Part shown: positions 52,859-63,907 of the stretch, in pieces | Layout: each line of letters starts with the position of its first letter | Numbering within the stretch: the first letter of the stretch is position 1 | Assembly: GCA_038824035.1 (NCBI GenBank) | Contig: JAWBBW010000002.1 | Span: 1-64,000, forward strand | Direction: 5' to 3' | Length of the DNA stretch: 64,000 nt | Source of the DNA: Desulfurococcaceae archaeon | GTDB lineage: Archaea > Thermoproteota > Thermoprotei_A > Sulfolobales > Desulfurococcaceae | Position numbers and translations under genes: made by a program | Notes under the pieces: model-generated | Seen by the model: only the letters and a program-made list of their open reading frames with translations | What the model was told of the DNA's origin: nothing | Databases searched by the model: none

Positions 52859-53722
52859 ATGAGAATTCGAAAACCAGTAGTGGCTGGGTTTTTCTATCCA
52901 AGTGATAAAAATGACCTTATAAGAACCATAGAGTGGTCTTTCAAACACAACCTAGGTCCAGGGGAATTGCCAAAACCTGTTGAAACCAAGAGAACTAATA
53001 CCATAGGGTACATAGCGCCTCATGCCGGGTACATATACAGTGGCCCTATAGCTGCACACGTATTTTACAACATGGGACTAGATGATGTGCCTGACACAGT
53101 AATTATATTGGGAACTAATCATACAGGCTATGGGAAGCCCGTATCAATTTACCCATCAGGCGTTTGGGAAACGCCGCTCGGATTGCTTGAGGTCGACAAG
53201 GAATTGGCAATGAAAGTATCCGAAGTCAGTGAAATAGCAGATCTGGATATATATGCTCATTTGGAAGAACATTCTGTCGAGGTACAATTACCATTTATTC
53301 AATACCTATACCAATACGTGTACAAACGCGAAGTAAAAATCCTGCCAATTGTAATTGGAATACATACTCCTGATGTTGCAAGGGATTTGGCGAAATCTAT
53401 ATTGAATTCTATTAAAGAGTTGAATAGAAAGGCCCTGGTTCTCGCGAGCAGTGATTTCAATCATTACGAACCCCATGAAGTGACTATAAGAAAGGACATG
53501 AATGCTATTAAAAAGGTGCTTGAACTAGACACTGTCGGTTTTTACAACACCATTATTGATGAAAACATAAGTATATGTGGGCCTGGAGGCATAATGGTCC
53601 TCATGGAAATCGCGAAGGCTTGTAAAGGCACAGCAATACTCTTAAGACACGCAACAAGCGGTGATATATCAGGAGATAAATCGGCTGTAGTGGGATATGC
53701 CGCTATAAGATTTCAGAGCTAA
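52859..53722 (+). CDS. MEMO1 family protein (AmmeMemoRadiSam system protein B)
   Basis: VAGFFYP, PHAGYIYSG, EHSVEVQLPF, SSDFNHY, VVGYA. Confidence 0.93.
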   Translation: MRIRKPVVAGFFYPSDKNDLIRTIEWSFKHNLGPGELPKPVETKRTNTIGYIAPHAGYIYSGPIAAHVFYNMGLDDVPDTVIILGTNHTGYGKPVSIYPSGVWETPLGLLEVDKELAMKVSEVSEIADLDIYAHLEEHSVEVQLPFIQYLYQYVYKREVKILPIVIGIHTPDVARDLAKSILNSIKELNRKALVLASSDFNHYEPHEVTIRKDMNAIKKVLELDTVGFYNTIIDENISICGPGGIMVLMEIAKACKGTAILLRHATSGDISGDKSAVVGYAAIRFQS

Positions 53723-53810
53723 TTGCAGATCCAAGTGATTTTCCAATGTTGCTTATTAGTCTATTATCCTTTTTTATCTAATATTATGATGTTCATTAAT
53801 GGGATTAATC

Positions 53811-54938
53811 ATGGATCCCGAGAATGAGGCTATAGCCAATAGAAAACTTCAGCACATAGAGATCTGTACCAGGAACGATGTGGTATTTCCTGGCAACTGC
53901 GAAGACGTTTTCAAAGAGATAATCCTCGTACACCAGGCCTTCCCGGGTATAAACCTCAACGATGTTCTCCTCTCAACGAAATTTCTAGGATATGAATTAA
54001 ATGCCCCAATAATAATAGAGGCTATGACTGGGGGGCATGAAAGTTTAAGAACAATTAATGAACAATTAGCCAAAATAGCCAAGGAATTCAAAATAGCAAT
54101 AGGGTTGGGGAGCCAATTACCATTGATCAAAAGCAACTTCAAAGAAAAGATCCTTGAAACATATAGAGTTGTCCGCGAGGTTTCATGGGATATTCCTGTG
54201 ATCGGAAACATAGGTATAACTAGTTTGTGGGATATAGACATAGATAAGATCAAGATAGCGATGGACGCTATAGACGTTGATGCCCTAGCTGTACACTTAA
54301 ATCCAGCACAGGAAGTCATACAACCCGAGGGGGATACAAGGTTTGGTAAGGATTTACTACAACGTTTTCAGGTTTTAGTCAAAGAGATACGCATGCCGAT
54401 CATTATTAAAGAAGTCGGGCATGGTTTATCCATGGAGACCGTTAAATTATTCTATGAAATAGGGGTAAAAATGTTTGACACAGCAGGTGCTTGTGGAACT
54501 AATTGGGCACTTGTAGAAGCCTATAGAAATCCGCCAGATAGCGTTAAACACATCATCGGTGCAAAACTTTCCTCGTGGGGGATTCCAACGCCATTATCTG
54601 TGATCGAGGCTAGGGTCGCTGGGCCAGGATCTGTTATAATTGCAAGTGGCGGTATCTGGGATGGAATCAAAGCTGTTAAATCACTTGCATTGGGAAGCAA
54701 TTTAGTTGGAATTGCGAGACCAGTGTTAAAACATTTGCTAGAAGGCGGATTGGAGAATGCTAAAAAATACATATCACTGTTCATAGAGGAGATGCGGATC
54801 TCGATGTTCCTCGTGGGCGCAACAACACTCAGTGAATTGTTAGAGAAACCACTGGTATTAGGAGAACGAATCATTAACTATATGAGAATGAGAAATATAG
54901 ATCCAGTGCTATATGTCAAGTCGATTAGAAAAAGGTAG
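53811..54938 (+). CDS. fni: Type 2 isopentenyl-diphosphate isomerase
   Basis: RKLQHI, AMTGG, HLNPAQE..QPEGD, IKEVGHG, GTNW, WGIPT. Confidence 0.96.
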   Translation: MDPENEAIANRKLQHIEICTRNDVVFPGNCEDVFKEIILVHQAFPGINLNDVLLSTKFLGYELNAPIIIEAMTGGHESLRTINEQLAKIAKEFKIAIGLGSQLPLIKSNFKEKILETYRVVREVSWDIPVIGNIGITSLWDIDIDKIKIAMDAIDVDALAVHLNPAQEVIQPEGDTRFGKDLLQRFQVLVKEIRMPIIIKEVGHGLSMETVKLFYEIGVKMFDTAGACGTNWALVEAYRNPPDSVKHIIGAKLSSWGIPTPLSVIEARVAGPGSVIIASGGIWDGIKAVKSLALGSNLVGIARPVLKHLLEGGLENAKKYISLFIEEMRISMFLVGATTLSELLEKPLVLGERIINYMRMRNIDPVLYVKSIRKR

Positions 54939-54944
54939 GGCTAT

Positions 54945-55448
54945 TTGAACATCTCATATAGATTCCCCGAAATATATGTAGAGGGTTTAAAAAGTAATAG
55001 AAATATATGTTTTTCCAATGGTGAATTCGTGTTACTTGGAGACAAGATCAAGGATGTGAAATGTGATAAAATATATGGATTAATACCGTTTGAATCTGTA
55101 ATAGAGTACTTAGACCTCGAGTCCGCTAGATCCAAGGTCGAGATGATAGTCTTAAAGCCCCGTAAAGATTCAGCCATGGCTTACTTCATTAAGCAGGGCA
55201 CTTCTATATGTATACAGGAGATCAAAGGCAAAACTCGTTATTTATTGTTAGAAGAAGGTGATTTGATCAAAAGAGGCGATAAAATAGCCTATGTCATAAC
55301 TGGTAAAATGGAGACAAGAAATATAATGTCTCTGTGTGAAGGAAGAGTCTTGTTTATCATAGATATAACTTGGGAAACACCGGGTAAAACAATATTGGTG
55401 ACTGTGCTTGAAAGAGCAAGAGAAATCGCTATTAGAGAAAGTGCGTGA
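54945..55448 (+). CDS. DUF2118-like protein
   Basis: PEIYVEG start; EGD..RGDKIAYVITGKxETR lipoyl-like hairpin; position before gltX. Confidence 0.65.
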   Translation: MNISYRFPEIYVEGLKSNRNICFSNGEFVLLGDKIKDVKCDKIYGLIPFESVIEYLDLESARSKVEMIVLKPRKDSAMAYFIKQGTSICIQEIKGKTRYLLLEEGDLIKRGDKIAYVITGKMETRNIMSLCEGRVLFIIDITWETPGKTILVTVLERAREIAIRESA

Positions 55449-57168
55449 AGTGGCATATAAACACGCATTAGCCAATGCTATCAAATATGGGGGTAAAGCC
55501 GACTTCAAGGCTGTGATCTCCAAAGTGATTGGGGAGATCCCAGAGATACGTGGAAATATCCGGCAATACTTGGACATTATAAAGAATGTGATTGAGGAGG
55601 TTAACAAATTAGGTTACGAAGATCAAGTTAGAATTGCCAAGGAGAATTGGCCAGAACTATTGGAGGAGAGATCACAGGTATATGAGAAAACCTTACCCCC
55701 ATTACCAAATGCAGTCGAGGGCAAGTTTGTAACAAGATTCGCGCCTAACCCAGATTACACCATTCACCTAGGAAACGCGCGGCCGGCTTTGTTATGTTAT
55801 TGGTACAGCGATATGTATAAGGGTAAATTCATCCTTCGATTCGAGGATACCGATCCGAGAATAAAATCGCCTTATCCAGAGGCTTACTTAGATATTAAGG
55901 ATAGCTTGAAATTGCTTGGAATAAGCTGGGATGAAGAGTATATACAAAGTTTAAGACTTGAGATATTCTACGACATAGCAAAAAAACTCATTGAACGTGG
56001 AGGGGCATACGTGGATAAATGCGATTCTAAAAGTTTCCGCTCATTTAGAAATGCCGGTAAATCCTGTCCTCACAGAGAATTGCCCATTGAAATCCATTTA
56101 GATGAATTCGATAAAATGCTTGAAGGCCACTATAACGAAGAAGAAGCTGTATTGAGGATAAAAACAGACCTTAATCACCCGGATATAAGCGTAAGGGACT
56201 GGGTTGCCTTTAGAATAATCGACACAACGAAGACACCGCATCCAGTGGTTGGGGAGAAATACATTGTGTGGCCAACATATAATTTTGCAGCAGGTGTCGA
56301 TGACTATTTAATGGGTGTAACTCATATACTTAGAGCAAAGGAACACTTAACTAATACTGTAAAACAAAAATATCTATATGATCACATGAACTGGAGATAT
56401 CCCGAGACAGTGCATTTTGGTAGGCTATCTCTAGAAGGGGTTGTACTGAGTAAATCCAAAATGAGAAAAATGATGCAAGAAAGCGAGGTAGAAGCGTACT
56501 CTGATCCAAGGCTAGGTACTATAAAGGGATTAATGCGTAAAGGCATAGTTAAGGAAACTATTTGGAAAATAATTAAAGATGTGAACATAAAACAAGTTGA
56601 TGCGAAGATAAGCTTGGTTAATCTATATGCAATAAATAGAACAATTGTAGATCCAATTGCAAACAGATACATGGCCGTTCACGATCCAATCCCCTTGATT
56701 ATAAATGATTTACCTAGGGAATTGGAGGCATTAATACCGATCCATCCATCACGTAAGGAGACATATAAATACATTATATTTGATAATTCAATATTGTATA
56801 TTTCGTCGAACGACCTAGAACTTGTGAGAACTCGTGTCTTTAGGCTAATGGGCCTGGGGAACTTTGTAATCACAGATATAAAAGTAATAAACAATAGACC
56901 AATATTTGTGATCAAGTTACATAGCCTTACACAAGAAGAAGCTAGGAAAGTTAACGCCCCTGTTATACAATGGGTCCCTGATAATGAAAAAGTTCATGGA
57001 GCTTTATTAATACCACAGGGCACAGAGCTGGTGAATAGAAGTATTCTAATTGAATCAAGAATATTAAATGAAAAGATAGGATCCATCATACAATTATATA
57101 GAATCGGCTTCGCCAGAATAGATCAAGTAAACAAAAACAACGTAGCCCTAATATACACACATGACTGA
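55408..57168 (+). CDS. gltX: Glutamate--tRNA ligase
   Basis: TRFAPNP, HLGN, RFEDTDP, LSKS. Confidence 0.97.
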   Translation: MKEQEKSLLEKVREVAYKHALANAIKYGGKADFKAVISKVIGEIPEIRGNIRQYLDIIKNVIEEVNKLGYEDQVRIAKENWPELLEERSQVYEKTLPPLPNAVEGKFVTRFAPNPDYTIHLGNARPALLCYWYSDMYKGKFILRFEDTDPRIKSPYPEAYLDIKDSLKLLGISWDEEYIQSLRLEIFYDIAKKLIERGGAYVDKCDSKSFRSFRNAGKSCPHRELPIEIHLDEFDKMLEGHYNEEEAVLRIKTDLNHPDISVRDWVAFRIIDTTKTPHPVVGEKYIVWPTYNFAAGVDDYLMGVTHILRAKEHLTNTVKQKYLYDHMNWRYPETVHFGRLSLEGVVLSKSKMRKMMQESEVEAYSDPRLGTIKGLMRKGIVKETIWKIIKDVNIKQVDAKISLVNLYAINRTIVDPIANRYMAVHDPIPLIINDLPRELEALIPIHPSRKETYKYIIFDNSILYISSNDLELVRTRVFRLMGLGNFVITDIKVINNRPIFVIKLHSLTQEEARKVNAPVIQWVPDNEKVHGALLIPQGTELVNRSILIESRILNEKIGSIIQLYRIGFARIDQVNKNNVALIYTHD

Positions 57169-57225
57169 TACGTTTTCAATCCCTGAAGCCCAATATTTAT
57201 TAATCCTTAAAGCAGATTCTATTTT

Positions 57226-57262
57226 AATTCATGAAGACGACCAAAATGGGAGGAGGATGAAC
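57226..57262 (+). promoter_or_regulatory. K-turn element in rpl7ae 5' leader (autoregulatory)
   Basis: UUCAU..GACGA-CCA-aaa-UGG-GAG-GA-GGAUGAA: C-stem, 3-nt bulge, tandem GA pairs, overlapping the SD region. Confidence 0.6.
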
Positions 57263-57646
57263 ATGCCTAAGCCATTTTATGTAAAGTTCGAAGTTCCCTC
57301 AGATCTCGCTGAGAAAACATATGAAATTGTGAAAAAAGTGCGAGAAAGTGGTGGAAAGATTAAAAAAGGTACAAATGAGACAACCAAAGCCGTAGAACGA
57401 GGACAAGCAAAATTAGTCATTATTGCAGAAGATGTGGATCCTCCTGAAATAGTTGCCCACTTGCCAATACTTTGTGATGAGAAAAAAATACCGTATACAT
57501 ATGTACCTAGCAAAAAGAGATTAGGAGAGGCCGCTGGAATAGAGGTCGCCGCTGCATCTGTTGCGATCATAGAACCTGGTGGAGCCAAAGAAATCGTTGA
57601 TGAATTAATAAAAAGAGTACAACAGATAAGGGCGCAGACAGGTTAG
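57263..57646 (+). CDS. rpl7ae: Ribosomal/snoRNP protein L7Ae
   Basis: [28 protein letters not shown]. Confidence 0.98.
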   Translation: MPKPFYVKFEVPSDLAEKTYEIVKKVRESGGKIKKGTNETTKAVERGQAKLVIIAEDVDPPEIVAHLPILCDEKKIPYTYVPSKKRLGEAAGIEVAAASVAIIEPGGAKEIVDELIKRVQQIRAQTG

Positions 57647-57710
57647 ACTATAAGAACATGATATAACCTCTATGTGTTTTTAAACAAAGAAAACCTGATA
57701 CTGACATTTT

Positions 57711-57983
57711 TTACCTTCTTGTAGTAAGTTTCCTCGCCTCTCTTTCCGTTTCTCTCAAAATAACTATGTCTCCTATTCTAACCGGGCCCTTTATATTCCT
57801 AGTTATTATTCTACCTTTATCCCTGCCTTCAAGTATTCTCACACGTGCCTGTATTATTTCTCCAGTGACACCGGTACGTCCAATTATTTGTATGACCTCG
57901 GCTGGAAATCCTATCTCCTCGACCACATTTATTTTCGGTGACTCAAATAAAATCTTACTACTTTTTCCATTGCTATCACTCAT
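57711..57983 (-). CDS. rps28e: 30S ribosomal protein S28e
   Basis: [27 protein letters not shown]. Confidence 0.97.
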   Translation of the reverse strand: MSDSNGKSSKILFESPKINVVEEIGFPAEVIQIIGRTGVTGEIIQARVRILEGRDKGRIITRNIKGPVRIGDIVILRETEREARKLTTRR

Positions 57984-58097
57984 CGCGATCGCCCAAATTG
58001 CCGTTGTCCTTTTTTACTAACCAGAATATTCCCTTAAAATATTTTAAACCTCTTTGTAGCTTATCCTATCCCAGTCATTAAAGAGGCGTGATTAAAT

Positions 58098-58283
58098 ATG
58101 CCAAGGGTAATAAGATGTACATTTTGCGGCAAAGATATAGAACCTGGAACAGGATTAATGCATGTCTTAAACGATGGAACAATATTATGGTTTTGTAGTA
58201 GCAAATGTTTCAAAAATCACAAAATGAAGCGAGATCCAAGGAAGTTAAAGTGGACATTAAAGTATGGTCAACAAGTTAAATAG
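58098..58283 (+). CDS. rpl24e: 50S ribosomal protein L24e
   Basis: CTFCGxxIEPGTG, FCSSKC, PRKLKWT. Confidence 0.97.
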   Translation: MPRVIRCTFCGKDIEPGTGLMHVLNDGTILWFCSSKCFKNHKMKRDPRKLKWTLKYGQQVK

Positions 58284-58301
58284 CTTCTTTCACCAATAGA
58301 A

Positions 58302-60116
58302 TTATCTATAAGGTATGAAGCCGTAAAACGGATCTTGTCTTTTCTTCAAATTTATTATTTCTTCGAGAACGATACTTTCATCATCTCGTAATTCATTCCT
58401 GTATTTGGACAGCCACGTTGTGACATGTTCCCTCGGGATATCGGTGTACAACACATCACCTTCATCGATCTGTCTGCCTACCATTACCTTACCTTTAATG
58501 CTTATAGCAACTCTTTGCCCTTTATAAGCCTCCTTGAGGACGTTATCACGATCCCTTATTTGCATAATGTTCCCGATACTCACGCCATCCGCTCTCATTA
58601 ATGGATATCCCGGCTTTATTGTTCCTCCAAGTATTTCTATCCCAACGATTGCTGGATCGCTTCTTCTAAAAACATAGCCAGGTAATATTCTTATTTTAGC
58701 GGGTCTTATCAAGGATTCCAATTCACGTTCTTTTTCTCTTTCTTTGAATTCTTTATACCATTTGAAATATTCCTCGATTAATTGATAAATGACATTATTG
58801 ACAAATACTGGGATGTTTTCCTTACTTATGATCTCCTCTGCTTCCGGCAATATTTTTGTATTAAATACTAGTATAACTCCGTATTCAGGTTTAGATCTCT
58901 TGATGATGGATGCCTCTATTGCATCATTACGTGTTACATTGCCAACATCAGCCACTCTGACTGGTATGTCGTTTTTCTTAAGTGCTGTTAACAACGCCTC
59001 AAGTGTACCTAGGGTATCAGCTTTCACTATGACTCCGTCTACCTCGGCTCTGAAAATTATGGATGATATTTCTTCTTTGATCATATTTACATATTCGTGT
59101 ATTTTCGACTCATCACGTACTACATAAAGTGGTGATCCAGCAATAACATCATCTAAATTAGTAGCAGCGATCTTGACACCGGATGCTGCATAAGCCTCTT
59201 TTATCTGAATGAAATTACCCTCGTGCATTCTCATGTCCTGTAATGGCCGTGGTATTAGTAAACTTCTGACCTTTGTCACCACATAACCGTTTTTCGAAGC
59301 AACTATTATGAGGTCTCCTTGTTTGATGATACCATCGTATATGATTACATCAATTGTTGTTCCAAGGCCTGGTTCTTCCTTTACTTCTAATACAACACCC
59401 TTGCCAGGTTCTTCGCTTGTAAGTAACTTTTTCTTCATAAATTGTTGAGCCAAGCCAGCTATCAGTGCCAATAATTCTGCAATGCCTTCACCGGTTTTAG
59501 CGGAAACAGGAACTATTGCCACGGTTTTTCTGAAATCCTTAACTCTATCAAATCTTTCCGCTTCAAATCCATATTCGTAGAGTTTGCCCACGATCGAGTA
59601 CAACTTATCTTCTAGTATGGAAATCGTTCTCTGTGTCTGATATTTTATAGTTTCTAAGAATGGCATATCTATATGGGGTTTCCACCCATCTATACGATCG
59701 ATTTTATTAGCCGCCACGATGAATGGCACTTTTTTCTCAACTAGAATATTAATGGCCTCGTGGGTCTGTGGTTGAAATCCCTCTATTACATCAATCACTA
59801 GAACTGCCATATCGGCTACACTACCACCTCTTTTACGTAAATTACTGAAAAGTTCGTGACCAGGCGTATCTATGAAAAGTAAACCTGGTATCTCGATACT
59901 CATTTTTGGGAAATATTTTTTCAGCGGCTCTGATATTTTTCTTATAACGCTAGCTGGCACTATGCTTGCACCTATGTGTTGAGTTATTTCTCCTGGCTCT
60001 TTCTTAGCTACCGCTGTTCCACGTATTTTATCGAGAAGCGTTGTTTTACCGTGATCCACATGTCCTAGCACAACTATAATGGGCTGTCTTACCCAGGTTT
60101 TAACACCATTACTCAA
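58302..60116 (-). CDS. infB: Translation initiation factor aIF5B (IF-2)
   Basis: GHVDHGKTT, GEITQHIGA, DTPGHE, NKID. Confidence 0.98.
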   Translation of the reverse strand: MSNGVKTWVRQPIIVVLGHVDHGKTTLLDKIRGTAVAKKEPGEITQHIGASIVPASVIRKISEPLKKYFPKMSIEIPGLLFIDTPGHELFSNLRKRGGSVADMAVLVIDVIEGFQPQTHEAINILVEKKVPFIVAANKIDRIDGWKPHIDMPFLETIKYQTQRTISILEDKLYSIVGKLYEYGFEAERFDRVKDFRKTVAIVPVSAKTGEGIAELLALIAGLAQQFMKKKLLTSEEPGKGVVLEVKEEPGLGTTIDVIIYDGIIKQGDLIIVASKNGYVVTKVRSLLIPRPLQDMRMHEGNFIQIKEAYAASGVKIAATNLDDVIAGSPLYVVRDESKIHEYVNMIKEEISSIIFRAEVDGVIVKADTLGTLEALLTALKKNDIPVRVADVGNVTRNDAIEASIIKRSKPEYGVILVFNTKILPEAEEIISKENIPVFVNNVIYQLIEEYFKWYKEFKEREKERELESLIRPAKIRILPGYVFRRSDPAIVGIEILGGTIKPGYPLMRADGVSIGNIMQIRDRDNVLKEAYKGQRVAISIKGKVMVGRQIDEGDVLYTDIPREHVTTWLSKYRNELRDDESIVLEEIINLKKRQDPFYGFIPYR

Positions 60117-60203
60117 TGGTAATCACCCCTAAATAAGTGTATAAAAACCCGTTATTTAGTTATCAATGAACATGGCCAAGACCATTAACGGTGGGCACTT
60201 AAA

Positions 60204-60851
60204 ATGCCTGATTTCAAAGTGGTAATAAACGATCCAGAAGCAGGTAAAGATGGGAAATCTATAAAAGTCAAGGTAATTGGGGATCCAGATATACCATTTA
60301 CAGATAAAATGAAGGAGCAATTGGAGTTACCAATAATCAAGCTCAATGCTGATACAGCTCAGAAGATAAACGCGAAACATAATGTTGTAACCATTAGAAT
60401 GCGTCGACCTGATACTGGTGATAAAGTAAAGTTAACTGGGAGAATAGTGATAGATAATACCATTCCAAGTAATGTCGTTAAAGTTAACTCCGAGAAATTA
60501 ATCGATTTAACTGGTGTAACTGAGATCGAGGGTGAGATATTTAGAGCGCGTGCATGGCAAATCAGGATTAACGACGAAAGAGCCCAAACCTTCATAGGAT
60601 TAAAACTGGGAGATGAAATAGACGGATCGCTAGTAGGTCTTAGGAATGTTAAGCTGATTATTACAGGGGGGAGCGATCTAAGCGGGTTTCCTATGAGACA
60701 TGATGTCTTGGGTCCTGTTAAGAAAAGAGTTTTACTCTCAGGACCTCCTGGATTCCATCCAAAGGAAAAAGGGGAACGACGTAGAAAAATGGTAAGAGGA
60801 AATACTATAAGCCCTGACATCACTCAGATAAATACTATGATAAGGTATTAG
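60204..60851 (+). CDS. rps6e: 30S ribosomal protein S6e (long crenarchaeal form)
   Basis: ITGGSDxSGFPMR, GERRRKxVRGN. Confidence 0.96.
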   Translation: MPDFKVVINDPEAGKDGKSIKVKVIGDPDIPFTDKMKEQLELPIIKLNADTAQKINAKHNVVTIRMRRPDTGDKVKLTGRIVIDNTIPSNVVKVNSEKLIDLTGVTEIEGEIFRARAWQIRINDERAQTFIGLKLGDEIDGSLVGLRNVKLIITGGSDLSGFPMRHDVLGPVKKRVLLSGPPGFHPKEKGERRRKMVRGNTISPDITQINTMIRY

Positions 60852-60901
60852 TGAAATGTATCCAATATTTCTTTGATCATTTGATCAATGGTGATCTTAC
60901 A

Positions 60902-62158
60902 TTGCCCTGGGATCTCAGACTCCCTGAAGTTAATATTGGAGTTGTTGGACATGTTGATCACGGGAAAACCACGTTAGTTCAGGCATTAACAGGGATTTGG
61001 ACTGCAAAACATAGTAAAGAGATAGAACGTGGAATGACCATAAAACTTGGATATGCCGATGGCAATATAGCCTACTGCGACAAGTTACACCCACCAGAGT
61101 CTTACACTACTGAGGAGTATTGTCCAGACGGCTCTGAGTCCACGCTTCTGCGTAGGGTAAATTATGTAGACGCTCCCGGTCATGAAGCATATATGACAAC
61201 AATGTTAAGCGGAGCGATGATCATGGATGGCGCGATATTGGTAATAGCAGCTAATGAGCCATGCCCACAACCCCAAACAGTTGAGCATTTAATGGCATTA
61301 GAAATTCTGGGTATCAAGAACATAATTATAGTGCAAAACAAAATAGACGTAGTGTCCAAAGAAAAGGCGATTAAGAACTATAATGAGATACGTTCTTTTA
61401 TCGAGAATACGATAGCTAGAGATGCCCCTATTATCCCTATTAGTGCGCTTCACAAGGTTAACATAGATGTGGTTTTACAAGCTATACAAGAAGTGATCCC
61501 AACACCTTCTCGAGAGTTGTCCAAGCCTCCGTTAATGTACGTGGTAAGGAGCTTTGACATCAATAAACCCGGAACTCCCTATGATATGATCCAAGGCGGT
61601 GTTATTGGGGGAACGCTTTTACAAGGAACAATACGTAAAGATGACGAAATTATAATATTGCCCGGTGTCAAAGTACAGACGTCTGCTAAACCTTCATCCT
61701 CGCCGAGATATGAACCCGTAGTAACCAGGGTAGAGGAATTAAGGTATGGGAATTTAGTTACAGATGAGGCTAGGCCAGGTGGACTTGTAGCTATACGGAC
61801 TACTCTAGACCCATCTCTAACTAAAAACGATCAGTTGGTTGGTTCTATTGTAACTAAGCCAGGATACAAAGTATATGTTACAAAGAATATCACGATAAGA
61901 TATTCCATGTTCGAGAGAGTAGTGGGAGCCAAGGAATTCACCAAGATACCGCCACTCCAGGTAAATGAAAAAATAGTGGTAGCCGTGGGATCAGCTGTGA
62001 GGCTCGCGACTATAAAAACCATTAAAAAGGATTCAATCGAACTAGAGCTCTCAGAACCGATAGCCACATTGATAGGTTCGCGGGTAGCTATAAGTAGAAA
62101 GGTTTTGGCTAGGTGGAGATTAGCTGGATGGGGAATAATAGAGCATGTCACAGAATAA
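60902..62158 (+). CDS. eif2g: Translation initiation factor aIF2 gamma subunit
   Basis: GHVDHGKTT, RGMTIKLGY, PQPQTxEH, RWRLAGWG. Confidence 0.97.
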   Translation: MPWDLRLPEVNIGVVGHVDHGKTTLVQALTGIWTAKHSKEIERGMTIKLGYADGNIAYCDKLHPPESYTTEEYCPDGSESTLLRRVNYVDAPGHEAYMTTMLSGAMIMDGAILVIAANEPCPQPQTVEHLMALEILGIKNIIIVQNKIDVVSKEKAIKNYNEIRSFIENTIARDAPIIPISALHKVNIDVVLQAIQEVIPTPSRELSKPPLMYVVRSFDINKPGTPYDMIQGGVIGGTLLQGTIRKDDEIIILPGVKVQTSAKPSSSPRYEPVVTRVEELRYGNLVTDEARPGGLVAIRTTLDPSLTKNDQLVGSIVTKPGYKVYVTKNITIRYSMFERVVGAKEFTKIPPLQVNEKIVVAVGSAVRLATIKTIKKDSIELELSEPIATLIGSRVAISRKVLARWRLAGWGIIEHVTE

Positions 62159-62564
62159 GCCAATAATTTTGTTCGATACGAACATGTTGCTTTTAATGGC
62201 AAATGGGGTCCGAGTGCTTGAACAAATAGAGGAAAAAACATGTATAAAGCCTAGATATGTGGTGATAAGACCTGTCTATAATGAATTATTGAAAATAGCT
62301 AGCAAATCGAATGGTATATTAAAAAGAAAAGCCCTATTCGCTCTTCAATTAGTAGAAAGATTTTTCGAAATACTGGATTTCGAGCAACATGTAAACGAAA
62401 GTGTTGATGATGCAATCATACGTTTCGCCATGGAAAACAAAGCAATCGTGGCTACTAATGATAGGGAACTAAGATCGAAACTTAGACAATATGGCATAAC
62501 CGAGATATATTTTAGAGAAGAATCCAGGAGAATTGAGATAGAAGGTATTTTAAGTCATTATTAA
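62145..62564 (+). CDS. PIN-domain protein (Fcf1/Utp24-like)
   Basis: DTN, VDDAI, VATNDRELR. Confidence 0.9.
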   Translation: MSQNKPIILFDTNMLLLMANGVRVLEQIEEKTCIKPRYVVIRPVYNELLKIASKSNGILKRKALFALQLVERFFEILDFEQHVNESVDDAIIRFAMENKAIVATNDRELRSKLRQYGITEIYFREESRRIEIEGILSHY

Positions 62565-62609
62565 ATAAACCGTCCTGATATGAAATAAAATTCCTGTTCA
62601 TGCTGGTGA

Positions 62610-63182
62610 GTGATAGTGTACGGGATTGTTAAAATAAAGGACGTTGTCAGGATACCGCCATCCAAGTTCAATCGACCATTAAACGTAGTGGCTAGAGAGG
62701 AATTGGCATCCAAGTACGAGGGGGCGGTGGTCCAAATAGAACTAGAAAAAGGTAAAATAGCCCAACCATTAGCGATAATCATAGCAATACTGAATACATA
62801 TGTTGATCCGGCCGGCAAGATCATACCTAATGATGGCGCAACATACCACGATGTAGTGTTCGACGCGTTAGTTTTCCATCCATTTATAAAAGAGGTAGTT
62901 GAGGGAAAAGTTGAGACAGTGGCTAAGACAGGTCTCTATGTAAACCTAGGGATTCTAGATGGATTTATACACATAAACCAGGTATCTGATGAAAGAGTTC
63001 ATTTCGATACTGCTCGAGGCGTACTTTTACTAGAGGAGTCTAAGCGAGTGATCGAGAGAGAGGATGTGGTTAGAGCTAAGATATACACCATGGGGCCTTT
63101 ACCAGGGAAAGGCATCAGAATACACATGACTATGAGACAACCCTGGCTCGGTAAAATAGATTGGCTACGTAAGAAGAAATAA
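62610..63182 (+). CDS. rpoE1: RNA polymerase subunit E' (Rpo7)
   Basis: VRIPP, DGATY, DGFIHINQ, TMRQPWLGK. Confidence 0.97.
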   Translation: MIVYGIVKIKDVVRIPPSKFNRPLNVVAREELASKYEGAVVQIELEKGKIAQPLAIIIAILNTYVDPAGKIIPNDGATYHDVVFDALVFHPFIKEVVEGKVETVAKTGLYVNLGILDGFIHINQVSDERVHFDTARGVLLLEESKRVIEREDVVRAKIYTMGPLPGKGIRIHMTMRQPWLGKIDWLRKKK

Positions 63183-63201
63183 TACGAAGGTGTAATTAAA
63201 T

Positions 63202-63408
63202 TTGAGCAAGAGATCGAAACCTTACAAAGCATGTAAGAAATGCCGTTCATTGGTGGAAAAAAATGCCGAAGTATGTCCTACCTGTGGTTCAAAGGACTTT
63301 AGCGATGAGTGGGAAGGCGTGTTAATCGTGATAGATCCCGAGAGATCGGAGGTTGCGAAAGCATTAGAAATAGCGAAAAAAGGAAGATTCGTGATCAAGT
63401 TTGAGTGA
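63202..63408 (+). CDS. spt4: Transcription elongation factor Spt4 (RpoE'')
   Basis: KACKKC...CPTCGS..SDEWEG..IDPERSEVA. Confidence 0.96.
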   Translation: MSKRSKPYKACKKCRSLVEKNAEVCPTCGSKDFSDEWEGVLIVIDPERSEVAKALEIAKKGRFVIKFE

Positions 63409-63895
63409 AATAAATATACCAGTATTTAAACTACCCCCATATGTGAGAGAGTCGCTTTCCATACCTCAAGGTATTCTCTATGTAACTAGAACCAGAGAGA
63501 GAGTTATCAGTGGTTTGAAAGCTGATATAACAATCGGCGATATCGTATCCCAGAGGCACTATTCAGAAATCAAGGTAATTGATCATAAAACTAGGCGGAA
63601 AACTGTTGAACACTTAACTACAAAGGAGACTACACAAATAAAGTCGATCGTTTATAACCCCGCGGGATCCATTAGCATACACTCGATCACAATATCCATG
63701 ACTAAGGTTCACAACATATTTGTTAAAGGTGAAGAAGACTTGGTTGTAATACCCTATTTAAAGAGTAGTTATAACACAATACTCTATGGACAACCAGGTA
63801 GTGGCATAGTAGCTATGAAATCAAATAGGCTTTTATTTTTAAAAATATTAAAAGCATCAAAACCCTCTATTGTTAAGGTGAGTGTTAGCACTTAA
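63401..63895 (+). CDS. GTP-dependent dephospho-CoA kinase (DUF359)
   Basis: IGDIV, IDHKTRR, NPAG, GEEDL, YGQP. Confidence 0.85.
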   Translation: MSEINIPVFKLPPYVRESLSIPQGILYVTRTRERVISGLKADITIGDIVSQRHYSEIKVIDHKTRRKTVEHLTTKETTQIKSIVYNPAGSISIHSITISMTKVHNIFVKGEEDLVVIPYLKSSYNTILYGQPGSGIVAMKSNRLLFLKILKASKPSIVKVSVST

Positions 63896-63907
63896 TGGTG
63901 ACATAAT

